Of a stretch of DNA of 64,000 nt, positions 62,963-64,000 are shown piece after piece (positions within the stretch are counted from its first letter, which is position 1; each line of letters starts with the position of its first letter). The DNA is from Alphaproteobacteria bacterium. Lineage in GTDB: Bacteria > Pseudomonadota > Alphaproteobacteria > RF32 > CAG-239. Position numbers and translations under genes: made by a program. Where the stretch lies: positions 38,590 through 102,589 of the forward strand of contig JAGBDC010000030.1 in the NCBI GenBank assembly GCA_017937705.1. The letters run 5' to 3'. Under the pieces are notes generated by a model. That model saw only the letters and a program-made list of their open reading frames with translations, searched no databases and was not told where the DNA came from.

Positions 62963-64000
62963 TTTATATAATAAAAAAGTCGCAGTTTGGGGATTAGGGG
63001 CAGAAGGTAAAGAGATAATCAATTATTTGCTATCTCATAAAGTTACTGATAATATTGTAATGGTTAATGATACAATATGTGAAAAACCTTCGGAATTTGA
63101 AAAATATCCATTGTTTACGGGAGAAGAAATCGCACCGGTTTTAGATGAGGTTGATATAATTATTCGTTCTCCGGGGGTCAGTATTTATAAATCAGAATTA
63201 CAAAAACATAAAAACAAAACAACTTCGGTAACCGATTTATGCTTAAATGAAATTAAGCATAGTCGTAAAAATTGTAAATTGATAGCAATTAGCGGTTCAA
63301 AAGGTAAAAGTACAAGTGTAAGTGCTTTGGCTTTTATGTTGAAAGAATTTGGTTATAAAGTCGGATTAGGCGGAAATATCGGTCGTCCGCTAATTGAACT
63401 TATAGATGATGAATATGACTTTGTTGTTGCTGAAATTTCAAGTTATCAAGCTTCTGATTTGACTGTTTCTCCGCATATTGCAATGTTTACCAATTTGTTT
63501 TATGTGCATAGCGAGTGGCATAACGGACACGAAAATTATTGCAAAGATAAAATTCATTTAGTTGCCAATCAAAAAAGCGATGAAGTATTTTTTATTAATG
63601 AACGCAATGAACAATTAATGGAGTATACGAAAGATATTTCTAATCGAAAATTATATAATACTAAAGATACTTTTTATGCCGAAGATAAAGATTTATATTA
63701 TAAAAATGATAAGTTATTGAATATTGATGAGCTTAAAATAAGCGGTAATCACAATTTAGATAATTTATCCGGTGTGTTCAGCATATTAAAATATTTAGGT
63801 TTAGATATATACAAAGCTGTGGAAATTTTGAAAAATTTTGAACCGTTACCCCATCGTTTGCAAAAGGTTGCAACCAAAAATAATGTTACATTTATAAATG
63901 ACAGTATTTCAACCGCTCCGGAAGCTGCAATCGGCGCCATAAAAAGTTTTAGCGGAAATTTAGTGCTTATTTCCGGAGGTCAGGATAATTTGCAAGACTA
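62949..64000 (+). CDS. murD: UDP-N-acetylmuramoylalanine--D-glutamate ligase, 3'-partial (runs off the window); not in the ORF track
   Basis: ATG 62949 overlaps the channel gene stop. MKISNLYNKKVAVWGLGAEGK, ISGSKGKST, GGNIGRPL, EISSYQ, GNHNLDN, LPHRLQ and NDSISTAPEA motifs. No stop through nt 64000. Confidence 0.9.
   Translation, partial: MKISNLYNKKVAVWGLGAEGKEIINYLLSHKVTDNIVMVNDTICEKPSEFEKYPLFTGEEIAPVLDEVDIIIRSPGVSIYKSELQKHKNKTTSVTDLCLNEIKHSRKNCKLIAISGSKGKSTSVSALAFMLKEFGYKVGLGGNIGRPLIELIDDEYDFVVAEISSYQASDLTVSPHIAMFTNLFYVHSEWHNGHENYCKDKIHLVANQKSDEVFFINERNEQLMEYTKDISNRKLYNTKDTFYAEDKDLYYKNDKLLNIDELKISGNHNLDNLSGVFSILKYLGLDIYKAVEILKNFEPLPHRLQKVATKNNVTFINDSISTAPEAAIGAIKSFSGNLVLISGGQDNLQD

Noticed and set aside
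1-64000. Scan for CRISPR arrays, rRNA, IS elements/transposases, integrases and prophage modules
   Set aside because: No regularly spaced direct repeats, rRNA signatures, DDE/tyrosine/serine recombinase motifs or phage structural genes were recognised. The only repeat systems are the tRNA-flank units, the pilin inverted repeat and the palindromic cluster reported above.

Overview
This is a 64-kb chromosomal window from an AT-rich bacterium (roughly one-third G+C by eye, not computed). Several markers point to a low-GC alphaproteobacterium: a near-canonical CtrA response regulator, an alphaproteobacterial-type SOS box (GAAC-N7-GAAC) on the dinB promoter, PtsP (EI-Ntr), dksA-maf-rng-yacG and ffh-rpsP-rimM-trmD-rplS. 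About 70 CDS and 2 tRNAs are supported. Core genes are dinB, murA, an M16 peptidase, ispH, rnhA, a DsbD/ScsB-like protein, sodB, ctrA, dksA, maf, rng, yacG, the ffh operon, ptsP, a rodZ-like gene, prfA, an MscS-family channel and murD (3'-partial). Accessory content includes hsdS at the 5' edge, a STAS protein plus a fused PP2C/RsbW-like partner-switching protein, a surface-lipoprotein/Slam (DUF560, type XI secretion) pair, four dispersed type-IV-pilin-like paralogues, and several visibly GC-richer orphan genes with their own promoters and terminators. Three structures stand out. (i) At both tRNA genes (tRNA-Thr-GGU, tRNA-Glu-CUC), the tRNA 3' end, its terminator and about 100 nt of downstream leader are repeated 2-3 times in direct orientation. 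Each copy separates a single co-oriented accessory gene (GNAT, IMPase-family, multi-zinc-ribbon nuclease; GNAT, P-loop kinase), and no recombinase is in view. (ii) Two pilin genes share a ~235-bp near-identical inverted repeat (leader plus first 40 codons) that brackets a 5.9-kb segment containing the essential ffh-rplS cluster. (iii) There is an Asd-family paralogue lacking the catalytic residues, a half DEAD-box protein with degenerate motifs, and an AlbA_2/Schlafen-like gene wedged between ispH and rnhA. No CRISPR array, rRNA, transposase or integrase was seen. All homology calls come from motif recognition by eye, not from database searches.
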